Assembly: GCA_963522565.1 (NCBI GenBank)
Contig: CAUQZC010000011.1
Coordinates: forward strand, 19,764 to 83,763
DNA: 64,000 bases
Direction of reading: 5' to 3'
From: an uncultured Brevundimonas sp.
GTDB taxonomy: Bacteria; Pseudomonadota; Alphaproteobacteria; Caulobacterales; Caulobacteraceae
In this document: positions 19,877-28,974 of the stretch, piece by piece
Layout: each line of letters starts with the position of its first letter
How positions within the stretch are numbered: the first letter of the stretch is position 1
Made by a program: the position numbers and the translations under genes
The notes under the pieces: generated by a model
Databases searched by the model: none
Seen by the model: only the letters and a program-made list of their open reading frames with translations
Told to the model about the DNA's origin: nothing

Positions 19877-20128
19877 TCAGGCCACCTCGATGCGGTAGCT
19901 TTCGATCACCGTGTTGGCCAGAAGCTGTTCGCACATCTGCTTGGCCTCGGCCTGGGGGTCTTCGACCCCGGCGAGGTCGAACTCGATCAGCTTGCCGACG
20001 CGGGCGTTCGACACGCCGGGCCAGCCCAGGCCCTGCAGGGCGCCTTCGACGGCCTTGCCCTGAACGTCCAGCACGCCGGGCTTGAGGAAGACGTGAACCT
20101 TGACCTTGCTTGAGGAGACGGGGGCCAT
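19877..20128 (-). CDS. purS: FGAM synthase subunit PurS
   Basis: LKPGVLDVQGKAV...LLANTVIESY; start could be slightly downstream. Confidence 0.95.
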   Translation of the reverse strand: MAPVSSSKVKVHVFLKPGVLDVQGKAVEGALQGLGWPGVSNARVGKLIEFDLAGVEDPQAEAKQMCEQLLANTVIESYRIEVA

Positions 20129-20886
20129 CAGTGCAGTCCTCCCTGGATCACCGTCGGCATGCCCTTCATGATGCCCAGACGGCGCGCGACTTCGGTATAG
20201 CTTTCAATGACGTCGCCCAGATCGCGGCGGAAGCGGTCCTTGTCCAGCTTCTCGCCGGAGGCGGTGTCCCACAGGCGGCAGCTGTCGGGGCTGATCTCGT
20301 CGGCCAGGATCACACGGCTGAAGTCGTTTTCCCAGATGCGGCCGAACTCGATCTTGAAATCGACCAGAGTGATGCCGACGGCGCCGAACATGCCCGACAG
20401 GTAGTCGTTCACCCGGACAGTCATCGCCAGGATGTCGTCCAGTTCCTGGGTCGAGGCCCAGTTGAAGGCGGTGATGTGCTCCTCGGTGACCATCGGGTCG
20501 TTGAGCTCGTCCTTCTTGTAGTAGAATTCGATGATCGAGCGGGGCAGGGGCGTGCCTTCCTCGATGCCCAGGCGCTGGCTCATCGACCCGGCGACGATGT
20601 TGCGGCAGACGACTTCCAGCGGAATGATCTCGACTTCGCGGATCAACTGCTCGCGCAGGTTCAGACGCTTGATGAAGTGGTTGGTCACGCCGATGCCGTT
20701 CAGGCGCGACATGATGAACTCGCTGATCTGGTTGTTGACCACGCCCTTGCCTTCCAGCACGGCCTTCTTCTGCGCGTTGAAGGCGGTGGCGTCGTCCTTG
20801 AAATACTGGATCAGGGTGCCGGGCTCGGGTCCTTCGTAGAGGATCTTGGCCTTGCCTTCGTAGATTTTCTTGCGCTTGCTGTTCAT
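20128..20886 (-). CDS. purC: SAICAR synthetase
   Basis: [40 protein letters not shown] at 20886. Confidence 0.97.
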   Translation of the reverse strand: MNSKRKKIYEGKAKILYEGPEPGTLIQYFKDDATAFNAQKKAVLEGKGVVNNQISEFIMSRLNGIGVTNHFIKRLNLREQLIREVEIIPLEVVCRNIVAGSMSQRLGIEEGTPLPRSIIEFYYKKDELNDPMVTEEHITAFNWASTQELDDILAMTVRVNDYLSGMFGAVGITLVDFKIEFGRIWENDFSRVILADEISPDSCRLWDTASGEKLDKDRFRRDLGDVIESYTEVARRLGIMKGMPTVIQGGLH

Positions 20887-21181
20887 CGTCCGGTCCCGCT
20901 TACGGGCGCCTTTCAGAAACAAAAATCGCGCGGCCATTGGTGGAGGGGAAGACCCGGTCCTGGCGGCGCGTTTCGGAATCGTTCGGGCAGTCAATCTCGT
21001 TCGGCGTCTCCTTAGCCGAACGCGGCCCTCTATACAAATGAGGATGGCCCGCAACGGTGCAGGCAAAAGCATGGGGGCATCGCCGCTCTGTGACGCAAGT
21101 CTGGTTGCGTTCGGGCGCGGTGGGGCTATAGACGGCTCATGCCCCGAGGTCATCGGGGTTCACGGAGCTATGCTGAGCGAG

Positions 21182-21505
21182 ATGACGACCTTCGACGATC
21201 GGGAAAAGGCCTATGAGGCCAAGTTCGCACTCGATCAGGAGCAGGAGTTCAAGGCCATCGCCCGCCGCAACAAGATGCTGGGCCTGTGGGCGGCCGAGAA
21301 GATGGGCCTGTCGTCGGAAAGCGCGGATCAGTATGCGCAGGCCGTCGTGCGCGCCGACTTCGAACAGCCGGGCGACGAGGACGTGTTCCGCAAGGTCGCG
21401 GGTGACCTGAAGGGCTCGGGCCTGACCGTCGCAGACAGCGAAATCTACTCCAAGATGGACGAACTGGCCTCCATCGCGCGTGAGCAGATCCGCGCGGGCG
21501 AATAA
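21182..21505 (+). CDS. DUF1476 protein (F1Fo-ATPase zeta inhibitor family)
   Basis: MTTFDDREKAYEAKF...FKAIARRNKMLGLWAAEKMG. Confidence 0.9.
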   Translation: MTTFDDREKAYEAKFALDQEQEFKAIARRNKMLGLWAAEKMGLSSESADQYAQAVVRADFEQPGDEDVFRKVAGDLKGSGLTVADSEIYSKMDELASIAREQIRAGE

Positions 21506-21529
21506 GTCTTCGGTCTTAGGACCAATCAG

Positions 21530-21632
21530 AGAATCGAAAGGGCCGCATCCGGGGGAAAATGCGGCCCTTTCTTTTTGCCGGGGACGTTGGGGGAAAGTCT
21601 CGCCCGGCGTAGTGTGCGTCTCTCGCGCCCCT
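21530..21632 (-). ncRNA. Candidate sigmaT-dependent sRNA with two C-rich loops (GsrN-like)
   Basis: Minus-strand GAAAC-N16-TGTT at 21661-21637; two hairpins each with a UUUCCCCC loop; ~100 nt. Confidence 0.55.
21536..21576 (+). terminator. Rho-independent terminator (possibly bidirectional)
   Basis: GAAAGGGCCGCAT-loop-ATGCGGCCCTTTC followed by TTTTT. Confidence 0.8.
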
Positions 21633-21754
21633 GAAGAACACGGCTCGCGCCTTTTGGTTTCACGCCGAGGTGTCGGCGGCGAAATTATTTTTCGGACCTC
21701 AGTTTCGCCGCGTCTGACCTCAACCGCCATGCCTCAGGACAGGCGTCCCGGTTC

Positions 21755-21822
21755 GTCATTCCAGGGCGTCCGAAGGACGAACCCGCAATGACGTCATCAG
21801 GCTGAATGTCGATTCACCCTAG
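21755..21822. mobile_element. Family A element, internally deleted copy at purU stop
   Basis: CGTCATTCC...CAATGACG then TGAATGTCGATTCACCCTAG ending on the purU TAG. Confidence 0.75.
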
Positions 21823-22670
21823 TCCTCGAACACCACTGTTTTTGCGCCGTGCAGCAGGACGCGATCCTCCAGATGGCGACGCACGGCGCGGGCCAGAACC
21901 CGACGCTCGATGTCGCGGCCCTTGCGGATCAGGTCTTCGGGGGTGTCGCGGTGGCTGATCCGCTCCACGTCCTGTTCGATGATCGGGCCTTCGTCCAGGT
22001 CGGGCGTGACATAGTGGGCCGTGGCGCCGATCACCTTCACGCCCCGCGCATGGGCCTGATGATAGGGTTTGGCGCCCTTGAACCCCGGCAGGAAGGAATG
22101 GTGGATGTTGATGCATCGCCCCGCCAGCGCCCGGCTGAGGTCGTCCGACAGAATCTGCATATAGCGCGCCAGCACGACCAGTTCCGTGCCGGTCTCCTCG
22201 ATCAGGCGCAGCAGGGTCTTTTCCTGTTCGGCCTTGGCGGCGGCGTCGCCCGCCTTCAACGGCAGGTGATGGAACGGCAGGTCGCCCAGATCGACATGGC
22301 CGATCAGTTCGCGCGGATGGTTCGATACAATGGCCGTCATCTGCATCGGCAGTTCGTCGATGCGCCAGCGGTACAGCAGGTCCGCCAGGCAATGGTCGAA
22401 CCGCGACGTCAGGATCATCACCCTGCGCAGTTCGCCGCCGCGCAGGGTCCAGGCCATCTCGAACCGTTCGGCCAGAGGCGCGAAGGCGTCGCGGATCGTG
22501 GCCTCGACGTCGCCCTCGGCGGGCTCGAACACCACGCGCATGAAGAAGGTGGCGCTGGAGGCGTCGCCGAACTGCTGGGCGTCCGAGATATTGGCGTCGC
22601 GCGCCAGCAGAAATGAGGAAACCGCCGCGACAATGCCGTGGCGGTCAGGGCAGGAAAGGGTCAGGATCAT
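21819..22670 (-). CDS. purU: Formyltetrahydrofolate deformylase
   Basis: ACT domain, [35 protein letters not shown]. Confidence 0.96.
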   Translation of the reverse strand: MILTLSCPDRHGIVAAVSSFLLARDANISDAQQFGDASSATFFMRVVFEPAEGDVEATIRDAFAPLAERFEMAWTLRGGELRRVMILTSRFDHCLADLLYRWRIDELPMQMTAIVSNHPRELIGHVDLGDLPFHHLPLKAGDAAAKAEQEKTLLRLIEETGTELVVLARYMQILSDDLSRALAGRCINIHHSFLPGFKGAKPYHQAHARGVKVIGATAHYVTPDLDEGPIIEQDVERISHRDTPEDLIRKGRDIERRVLARAVRRHLEDRVLLHGAKTVVFED

Positions 22671-23194
22671 CAGTCGGCAGGCTTATCTGGGAGAAACGTC
22701 CTGAGTATGGCCCAGGTTTGCGACTTTGCCGACAAGGATATTGCATGGGCGGGGCTTGATGACGGCAGATCGACCAGTTCGACCCCATCCAGGCCGCTCA
22801 GAATGCGCCGCCCAAGCTTGGCCGCCAACCCGCCATTGAAGGCGACCGCCCGCAATTCGGGCAGGTTTGCGATCAATCCACGCAGGTCGGCGGCCTCCGG
22901 CGAGCGGATGGCCGCATCCAGACTGCCCGACCGTTCCGCCGAGGCGATCACGTCCCACAGGCCGACGCCTCGCGCCTTCAACCGCGCCAAACGCAGGTCG
23001 TAGGGCAGGGCGTGCAGGTCTTCGCCCAGCACCCCGCCGATCAGCCGCCAGAAGCCGTTGCGCGGATGGCCGTAATACTGCGCCGCCTTGAGAGACGCGT
23101 CTCCCGGCAGACTGCCGAGGATCAGCAGGCGCGTGTCCGCATCGACAACGGGGGCGAAACCCTGGCTGCGGTCGCCGGTCTGACGATCTGTCAC
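22670..23194 (-). CDS. UDG-superfamily DNA-deoxyinosine glycosylase (family 6-like)
   Basis: [10 protein letters not shown]...[23 protein letters not shown]. Confidence 0.88.
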   Translation of the reverse strand: MTDRQTGDRSQGFAPVVDADTRLLILGSLPGDASLKAAQYYGHPRNGFWRLIGGVLGEDLHALPYDLRLARLKARGVGLWDVIASAERSGSLDAAIRSPEAADLRGLIANLPELRAVAFNGGLAAKLGRRILSGLDGVELVDLPSSSPAHAISLSAKSQTWAILRTFLPDKPAD

Positions 23195-23922
23195 TTGGCT
23201 GGCGGGTCGTCGCGCAACCAGCCGGTGATCGATCGACGCTTGCCTCCGGCATAGGCGGCGACCGGCGCGACCGAATGCATTCGCGGCGTCCTGAACACGG
23301 TCCAGACGTTGAAGCCGGGCTTGAACCCGCGCTCGATGTCGCCGTTGGCGTCGTGGAACATCAACTGGCCGCCCCAGTCCGGCCGCCAGTCGCGCGTCAG
23401 GCCCAGCGTATAGGCCGCGCGCCGCTCGCCGACGCCCGTATCGTCATGCTGGGTCAGGAAGTCGCCGGGCCGGAACCACGTCGCCTGGGCGTCGATCTTG
23501 GTGATGCTCGGCTCGCCCGTCACCGCCCTGGCGAAGGTGGCGAAGGGCGTGTCGTTGAAGAACTGCAGCAGGATGTGGGTGGCGTGGCCTTCGTCCTCGC
23601 CGGTCATCAGGGCGGTGACGACCGGATAGGCCAGATAGACGAAGGAAAAGCCGTCGCGGGCCTCCGCCACGGCGTTCTGGATACGGGCGCCGACCTCGTC
23701 GCGACCCATCGCCTGCATTTCTTGGGGCGAGAACAGCTTGCCGCCTTCGGGCGTCTTCAGCGACAGCCGCCAGGCCGTGTCGTGCTCCAGCGCGAGGTCC
23801 AGCCACTCGGCGCTGGCCTCGTCCAGCAGGTCGGGCACCTGCACCATGCCGTCGCGCGCATAGGCGGGCGCATAGTCGCGCGGATCGAGCCGGGGGTTCA
23901 GCCGGATCGTGCGCTCGGCCAT
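23191..23922 (-). CDS. 2OG-Fe(II) oxygenase (prolyl-hydroxylase/SM-20-like)
   Basis: FLTQHDD (HxD), WRPDWGG, HSV, RRSITGW. Confidence 0.88.
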   Translation of the reverse strand: MAERTIRLNPRLDPRDYAPAYARDGMVQVPDLLDEASAEWLDLALEHDTAWRLSLKTPEGGKLFSPQEMQAMGRDEVGARIQNAVAEARDGFSFVYLAYPVVTALMTGEDEGHATHILLQFFNDTPFATFARAVTGEPSITKIDAQATWFRPGDFLTQHDDTGVGERRAAYTLGLTRDWRPDWGGQLMFHDANGDIERGFKPGFNVWTVFRTPRMHSVAPVAAYAGGKRRSITGWLRDDPPAK

Positions 23923-23926
23923 GCGA

Positions 23927-25225
23927 TCAGTCTCCGAACACCCGCTTGAACACCACGTCCACGTTCTTGGTGTGGTAGCCGAGGTCGAACAGGGCTTCCA
24001 GCTGATCGTCGGGCAGGGTGACGCGGGCGTCGGCTTTCAGGAAGTCGATGAAGGCCCCTTCGCCGCGCCACACCTTCATGGCGTTCTCCTGAACCGCCGC
24101 ATAGGCGTCCTCGCGGCTGATCCCGGCCTGGGTCAGGGCCAGCATGACGCGCTGCGAATGCACCAGGCCGCCCAGGCGGTCGATGTTCTTCTGCATGTTC
24201 TCGGGATAGACGTTCAGCCGCTCCACCACGTTCGCCAGACGGTGCAGGGCGAAGTCCAGGTGGATGGTGGCGTCGGGGCCGATGCCGCGCTCGACCGACG
24301 AATGGCTGATGTCCCGCTCATGCCACAGGGCGACGTTCTCCATAGCGGGGGTCACGGCCGAACGGACCAGACGGGCCAGGCCGGTCAGGTTTTCGGTCAG
24401 GATGGGGTTGCGCTTGTGCGGCATGGCCGACGAGCCCTTCTGGCCCTTGTCGAAGAATTCCTCGGCTTCGAGGACTTCGGTGCGCTGAAGGTGGCGGATC
24501 TCGACGGCGAGGCGTTCGACCGATGAAGCAACGACGCCCAGGGCGGCGAAGAAGGCGGCGTGGCGGTCGCGCGGGATGACCTGGGTCGAGACCGGCTCGA
24601 CCTGCAGGCCCATCTTTTCGGCCACATAGGCCTCGACGGCCGGATCAACGTTGGCGAAGGTGCCGACGGCGCCGGAGATGGCGCAGGTGGCGATCTCTTC
24701 CTTGGCCGTGATCAGGCGGCGTTTGGCGCGCTGGAACTCGGCGTGATAGCCGGCCAGCTTCAGGCCGAAGGTGACGGGCTCGGCATGGATGCCGTGCGAG
24801 CGGCCCACGGTCGGGGTGTATTTATGCTCCTTGGCGCGCGTCTCCAGCGCGGCCAGAACCCGGTCCACGCCGTCGATCAGCAGGTCCGACGAGCGGGCCA
24901 GCTGAACCGCGAAACAGGTGTCCAGCACGTCCGAGGAGGTCATGCCCTGGTGCAGGAAGCGGGCCTCGTCGCCGACGATTTCGGCCACGTGGGTCAGGAA
25001 GGCGATGACGTCGTGCTTGGTGGTGCGTTCGATCTCGTCGATGCGGTCGGCGTCGAATGTCGCGTCCTTGCCCTTGGCCCATATGGCGTCGGCGGCCTCG
25101 GTCGGAATGACGCCCAGCTCGGCCATCTTGGTCGCGGCGTGAGCCTCGATCTCGAACCAGATCCTGTACTTGGTCTCTTGCGACCAGAGGGCGGCGGCGA
25201 CGGGGCGGGAATAGCGCGTGATCAT
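23927..25225 (-). CDS. purB: Adenylosuccinate lyase
   Basis: [34 protein letters not shown]. Confidence 0.98.
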   Translation of the reverse strand: MITRYSRPVAAALWSQETKYRIWFEIEAHAATKMAELGVIPTEAADAIWAKGKDATFDADRIDEIERTTKHDVIAFLTHVAEIVGDEARFLHQGMTSSDVLDTCFAVQLARSSDLLIDGVDRVLAALETRAKEHKYTPTVGRSHGIHAEPVTFGLKLAGYHAEFQRAKRRLITAKEEIATCAISGAVGTFANVDPAVEAYVAEKMGLQVEPVSTQVIPRDRHAAFFAALGVVASSVERLAVEIRHLQRTEVLEAEEFFDKGQKGSSAMPHKRNPILTENLTGLARLVRSAVTPAMENVALWHERDISHSSVERGIGPDATIHLDFALHRLANVVERLNVYPENMQKNIDRLGGLVHSQRVMLALTQAGISREDAYAAVQENAMKVWRGEGAFIDFLKADARVTLPDDQLEALFDLGYHTKNVDVVFKRVFGD

Positions 25226-25325
25226 GGGCGGGTCGTGTCGGTCTCAAGGGGACGCGAGTCAAGGTTTGCACGCGCCCCAAGGTTGACTTTGGGGACCAAT
25301 GTCCCAGATTAGGCGCGCTTTCAGT

Positions 25326-25392
25326 GAGGACGACCTCCCCCCTTCGTATCCATTCGGGGTCCGTACGGGAATGAACGCCGGGACGACCCGGC
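25326..25392 (+). promoter_or_regulatory. Guanidine-II (mini-ykkC) riboswitch
   Basis: Two hairpins with ACGA loops (GAGG-ACGA-CCTC; GCCGGG-ACGA-CCCGGC) just upstream of the SMR gene RBS. Confidence 0.85.
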
Positions 25393-25415
25393 TGTCATGT
25401 CAGGGAGTCAACGTC

Positions 25416-25736
25416 ATGGCCTGGGTTTATCTGCTCGCCGCCGGGCTTCTCGAAATCGTCTGGGCCTATCTGATGAAAGCCTCCGCAGGCTTTACAAAGC
25501 CTTGGCCGACGATCGGGATGGTGGTCTTCATGATTGGGTCGTTCGGCCTGCTGTCGCTCGCGATGAAGACCCTGCCGCTGGGTACGGCATACGCCATCTG
25601 GACCGGCGTCGGCGCTGTCGGCGCCTTTGCAGTCGGAGCCTTCATTCTGGGCGAGCCGCTGACGCCGCTCAGGATCGCGGGCGTGACGCTGGTCTTGTCG
25701 GGGTTGGTTGTGCTGAAGCTCGCCTCCAGCCATTGA
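25416..25736 (+). CDS. sugE: SMR family guanidinium exporter (Gdx/SugE)
   Basis: MAWVYLLAAGLLEIVWA, LPLGTAYAIWTG; 106 aa; riboswitch upstream. Confidence 0.92.
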   Translation: MAWVYLLAAGLLEIVWAYLMKASAGFTKPWPTIGMVVFMIGSFGLLSLAMKTLPLGTAYAIWTGVGAVGAFAVGAFILGEPLTPLRIAGVTLVLSGLVVLKLASSH

Positions 25737-25765
25737 TCGCTTCGACGAAACACAAGGCGCGTGTC

Positions 25766-25882
25766 ATGGAACTGCTGATCGGACCCCAGGCCTATTCGAC
25801 ATGGTCGCTGCGCGGCTGGCTGGTGATGAAGGCGACAGGCGCGGATTTCGCTGGCTTAACGGCGATCAACCAAGGCCGCTGA
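25766..25882 (+). pseudogene. Truncated glutathione S-transferase N-terminal fragment
   Basis: MELLIGPQAYSTWSLRGWLVMKATGADF matches a GST N-terminus (YSSWSLRPWL type), then stops at 38 aa. Confidence 0.65.
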
Positions 25883-25949
25883 CGGTCGTTTAAGCGCTGG
25901 CTGCTATTGGAGGACGGCGCACGAAGCTGTCGCCTCGTGGGAGATTGCG

Positions 25950-26099
25950 ATGACGGCTTCGCCTTTGCAGACCAATGTGACGTCGCTGGATGCGTCGCGC
26001 CCGCCGCCGGGGCGGCGGTTGGGCGTGATGAGCGGCTATATGCTGCTGGTCCTCGTCAGCGGCGCCTTCTGGGCCTTGTTGCTGACAGCGATCTTCTAG
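25950..26099 (+). CDS. Small single-pass membrane protein (49 aa)
   Basis: GGGAG RBS; C-terminal TM YMLLVLVSGAFWALLLTAIF; TAG at the element boundary. Confidence 0.6.
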   Translation: MTASPLQTNVTSLDASRPPPGRRLGVMSGYMLLVLVSGAFWALLLTAIF

Positions 26100-26289
26100 G
26101 CCCAAACGACATTCACTACGCCGACCTCTTAGTTCGTCATTCCGGGCTAAGCGGAGCGAACAACCCGGAACCCAGGGGTGCAATCGCTGCGCCGAGGGCG
26201 TTCGACGCCGGATGCACGCCTCCTGGTTCCGGGTTTTCCTTCGGACGCCCCGGAATGACGGTTTGAGGCCGATTATCGATTGGCCCTAG
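26096..26289. mobile_element. Family A element, full copy with CTAG at both ends
   Basis: Aligns end to end with the reverse complement of 3849-4044; CTAG at 26096 and 26286. Confidence 0.85.
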
Positions 26290-27977
26290 CGGTCGTCGCT
26301 GACGGACGCCGTCTGAGCCACCATGATCCCGTCCGCCACGGGCGGGGGAGGCACATAGTCCAGCGAGATGGGCACCAGTGTGGCGCCAGAGGCCACGGCG
26401 TCCAGCGTGTTCAGCGGGCCGCCGAACATGCGCTGATAGATCCAGTAGGCGGCGACGACCTTTTCGACATATTCCCGCGCCTGGGGCACGTCGATCGTCT
26501 CGATCAGCAACAGGGGGTCGGCGTCCGGCCCCAGCTTGCGCACCGCCGCCAGCATCGGTCCCGGCCCGGCGTTGTAGCTGGCCACGGCCCGCAGAATGTC
26601 GCCCTGGAACTCGGCGCGTTGCAGCATCCGGTTCACATAGGTCTGGCCCAGGCGCATGTTGACCGCTGGCGTCAGCAGCTTGTTCGGGGTCGAGACGAAG
26701 CTGCGGTCGCCGGAAAGCTCGGCCGCCGTGGTCGGCATCACCTGCATGATGCCGTAGGCGCCGACGCTGGAGCGGGCGTTGGGGTTGAAGTCGCTTTCCT
26801 TGCGCGCGACCGCATAGACCAGGGCGCGTTCGATGGTGAAACCGCCCTCGGGCTGCAGGTCCGGGATCGGATAGCGTGTGGCGTCGATGCGCGAGGCGTC
26901 CGTCTCACGGCTTGGCGAAACAATGCGCGCCAGCGCCGCCCACATGCGCGAGGCGTCACCTGCGGCTGTGCGAAGGCCCGAACGCATTTCGTTGTCGCCG
27001 TCGGCGCGGCGGCCGACTTCATAATAGGCCAGGGCGCGGCGGGCGCGGGGGTCGTTCTGGACGAAGGCCTCCAGCGAGGCGGCGTCCACGGCGGCGTCGG
27101 GCGTATAGAAGGCGCGGCGCACGCGCGGCTCGGCGGCATAGGGGCGCGGCCCGATGTTCTCGATGACCGGCTCTTCGCCCAGCTGGCGCAGGGCGATCTG
27201 GCCGTAGAAGGTGGAGGGCCACTGGGCGGCGAGGCGCAGATAGTCGCTGACGACATTCTGACGGGCGGACTTGGCGGCGGCGCGGGCGGCCCACAGGGCG
27301 CCCCCAGAACGGACCCAGGGGTCCTCGGTCGGATCCTGCGCCACGCGGTCGAAGGCGTGGAAGGCCTCGTTGAACTCGCCCAGGCGCCATTCGGCCAGAC
27401 CGACCGTCCACCAGTCCCCTATCTCGCGACCCATGGCCGAGGCGCCGGTCAGGTCGTCGTTATTGTAGGCGATCCGCGCCGTCTTCATCGGGTCGGCGGC
27501 CGCCCCGCCGCCAGATACGGCGTTGACGACGCTGTTCCATGTCCGGCCCAGAAACCCTGCGGGCCGGATCGGCTCGAGGGCGCCGTCGGGGCGGCGACGC
27601 ATCGCCAATTCATAGACGCGGCTGGCGTTCGGCAGGTCGGAATAATCCTGCAGCCAGGCGGTCAGCTCTTCATAGGTGGCGTTGTAGTTCGGGTGGAACA
27701 GGCGTTCGAACTCCACCTGGCCCAGCAGCACATGGTCCTGGGCCTGACGGGCGGCGATGCGTGCGGCCTCCAGATCGCCGCGTCTCAGGGCGTCAAAGGC
27801 CGTCGTATAGGACAGGCGGTCCGCTGAACTGAGCGCCGTCGGGCGCGTCCCCGTGATGGAACCGGCGGCGGCGTCCGCCGTTTCGGCATAGGGCGTCTCA
27901 GCCTGCGCCGCGACTGCGAGTGCGGACAAGGCGACAGCCAGCGTCGGCGCGATGATCACGCGGCGGATATTGAGCAA
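26286..27977 (-). CDS. Soluble lytic murein transglycosylase (SLT domain)
   Basis: Signal peptide; ARKESDF, GAYGIMQVMPTTA, ASYNAGPG, AREYV. Confidence 0.92.
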   Translation of the reverse strand: MLNIRRVIIAPTLAVALSALAVAAQAETPYAETADAAAGSITGTRPTALSSADRLSYTTAFDALRRGDLEAARIAARQAQDHVLLGQVEFERLFHPNYNATYEELTAWLQDYSDLPNASRVYELAMRRRPDGALEPIRPAGFLGRTWNSVVNAVSGGGAAADPMKTARIAYNNDDLTGASAMGREIGDWWTVGLAEWRLGEFNEAFHAFDRVAQDPTEDPWVRSGGALWAARAAAKSARQNVVSDYLRLAAQWPSTFYGQIALRQLGEEPVIENIGPRPYAAEPRVRRAFYTPDAAVDAASLEAFVQNDPRARRALAYYEVGRRADGDNEMRSGLRTAAGDASRMWAALARIVSPSRETDASRIDATRYPIPDLQPEGGFTIERALVYAVARKESDFNPNARSSVGAYGIMQVMPTTAAELSGDRSFVSTPNKLLTPAVNMRLGQTYVNRMLQRAEFQGDILRAVASYNAGPGPMLAAVRKLGPDADPLLLIETIDVPQAREYVEKVVAAYWIYQRMFGGPLNTLDAVASGATLVPISLDYVPPPPVADGIMVAQTASVSDDR

Positions 27978-28070
27978 TGCGGCGGCCCCCTCGTTGGCGG
28001 CGGCCCCGTCCGTCTCGACTCAGGCGGGGTCCGTGTGGCGATCGGTCGTCAGCATGGAAACATGCCGCAA

Positions 28071-28883
28071 TCAGTCGTGATCCTCAACCGAGTCCGTTTC
28101 AAGGCGAACCGCCAGCGAAAGCATGTCGGCCCAGACCTGACGCTTGGCCTGGGGCTGACGCAGCAGAAAGGCCGGATGCAGGGTAGGCATGACGGGGGCC
28201 GACATCCCGCCTTCCGCCAGCCGCCATTCCTGCCAGCGCCCTCGCAGCTTCATGATTCCCTCCTCGGCCCCGAGCACGGACTTGGCCGAGGCCGCGCCCA
28301 GCAGCAGGACGGCCTTGGGCTGCAGCAGGGCGAAGGCGCGCTCGACGAAGGGGGCGCAGACCGCCTGTTCCTGAGGACTGGGCGTGCGATTGCCGGGCGG
28401 GCGCCAAAAGACGGTGTTGGTGATGAAGACCTTGTTGGTCAGGCCCGCCGCCGCCAGCATCCGGTCCAGCAACCGGCCCGCCTTGCCCACGAAGGGCTGG
28501 CCGATCCGGTCCTCGTCCGCGCCGGGGCCTTCGCCGATGACCAGAACCGGAGCGTTGGGATTGCCGCGCCCGAACACCGACTGGGTCGCCCCCATGCCGC
28601 GCAACGGACAGCCATGGAAGGCGGCGACGGCGGCGGCCAGATCCTGCAAGGTCGCAGCGCCCGCCGCCAGATGACGCGCCTCGGCCAGGGCGTCGGCGCC
28701 CGCAGCCCCGGCCTGCGGCGCGACCACCGATGCGGTGGCGCGCTGAACCGCCTTGACCGCTGGCGGCGGGGCGATGTGGGTGCGGTCGATCGGCGCATCC
28801 AGATAGCAGGAATCGACGCCCGCATCCCGCCAGAAGGCGAGAAGGCTTTCCGTTGCAGCGATGTCGTGGGGTTGCGCGTTCAT
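28071..28883 (-). CDS. Uracil-DNA glycosylase family 4
   Basis: IGEGPGADED..GQPFVGKAG, WRPPGNRTP, TLHPAFLLR. Confidence 0.93.
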   Translation of the reverse strand: MNAQPHDIAATESLLAFWRDAGVDSCYLDAPIDRTHIAPPPAVKAVQRATASVVAPQAGAAGADALAEARHLAAGAATLQDLAAAVAAFHGCPLRGMGATQSVFGRGNPNAPVLVIGEGPGADEDRIGQPFVGKAGRLLDRMLAAAGLTNKVFITNTVFWRPPGNRTPSPQEQAVCAPFVERAFALLQPKAVLLLGAASAKSVLGAEEGIMKLRGRWQEWRLAEGGMSAPVMPTLHPAFLLRQPQAKRQVWADMLSLAVRLETDSVEDHD

Positions 28884-28974
28884 GTTCAGCGACACCGATA
28901 AGCCTTGACCGCCCCCGCGTCACCTTCCGATAAGCGGCATAACCATACCAAGAACCGGGATTTCAGGGGAAACC

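Noticed and set aside
28071..28883. Phage origin of the family 4 UDG
   Set aside because: Host-like GC and core-gene context beside etfQO; no phage genes nearby.
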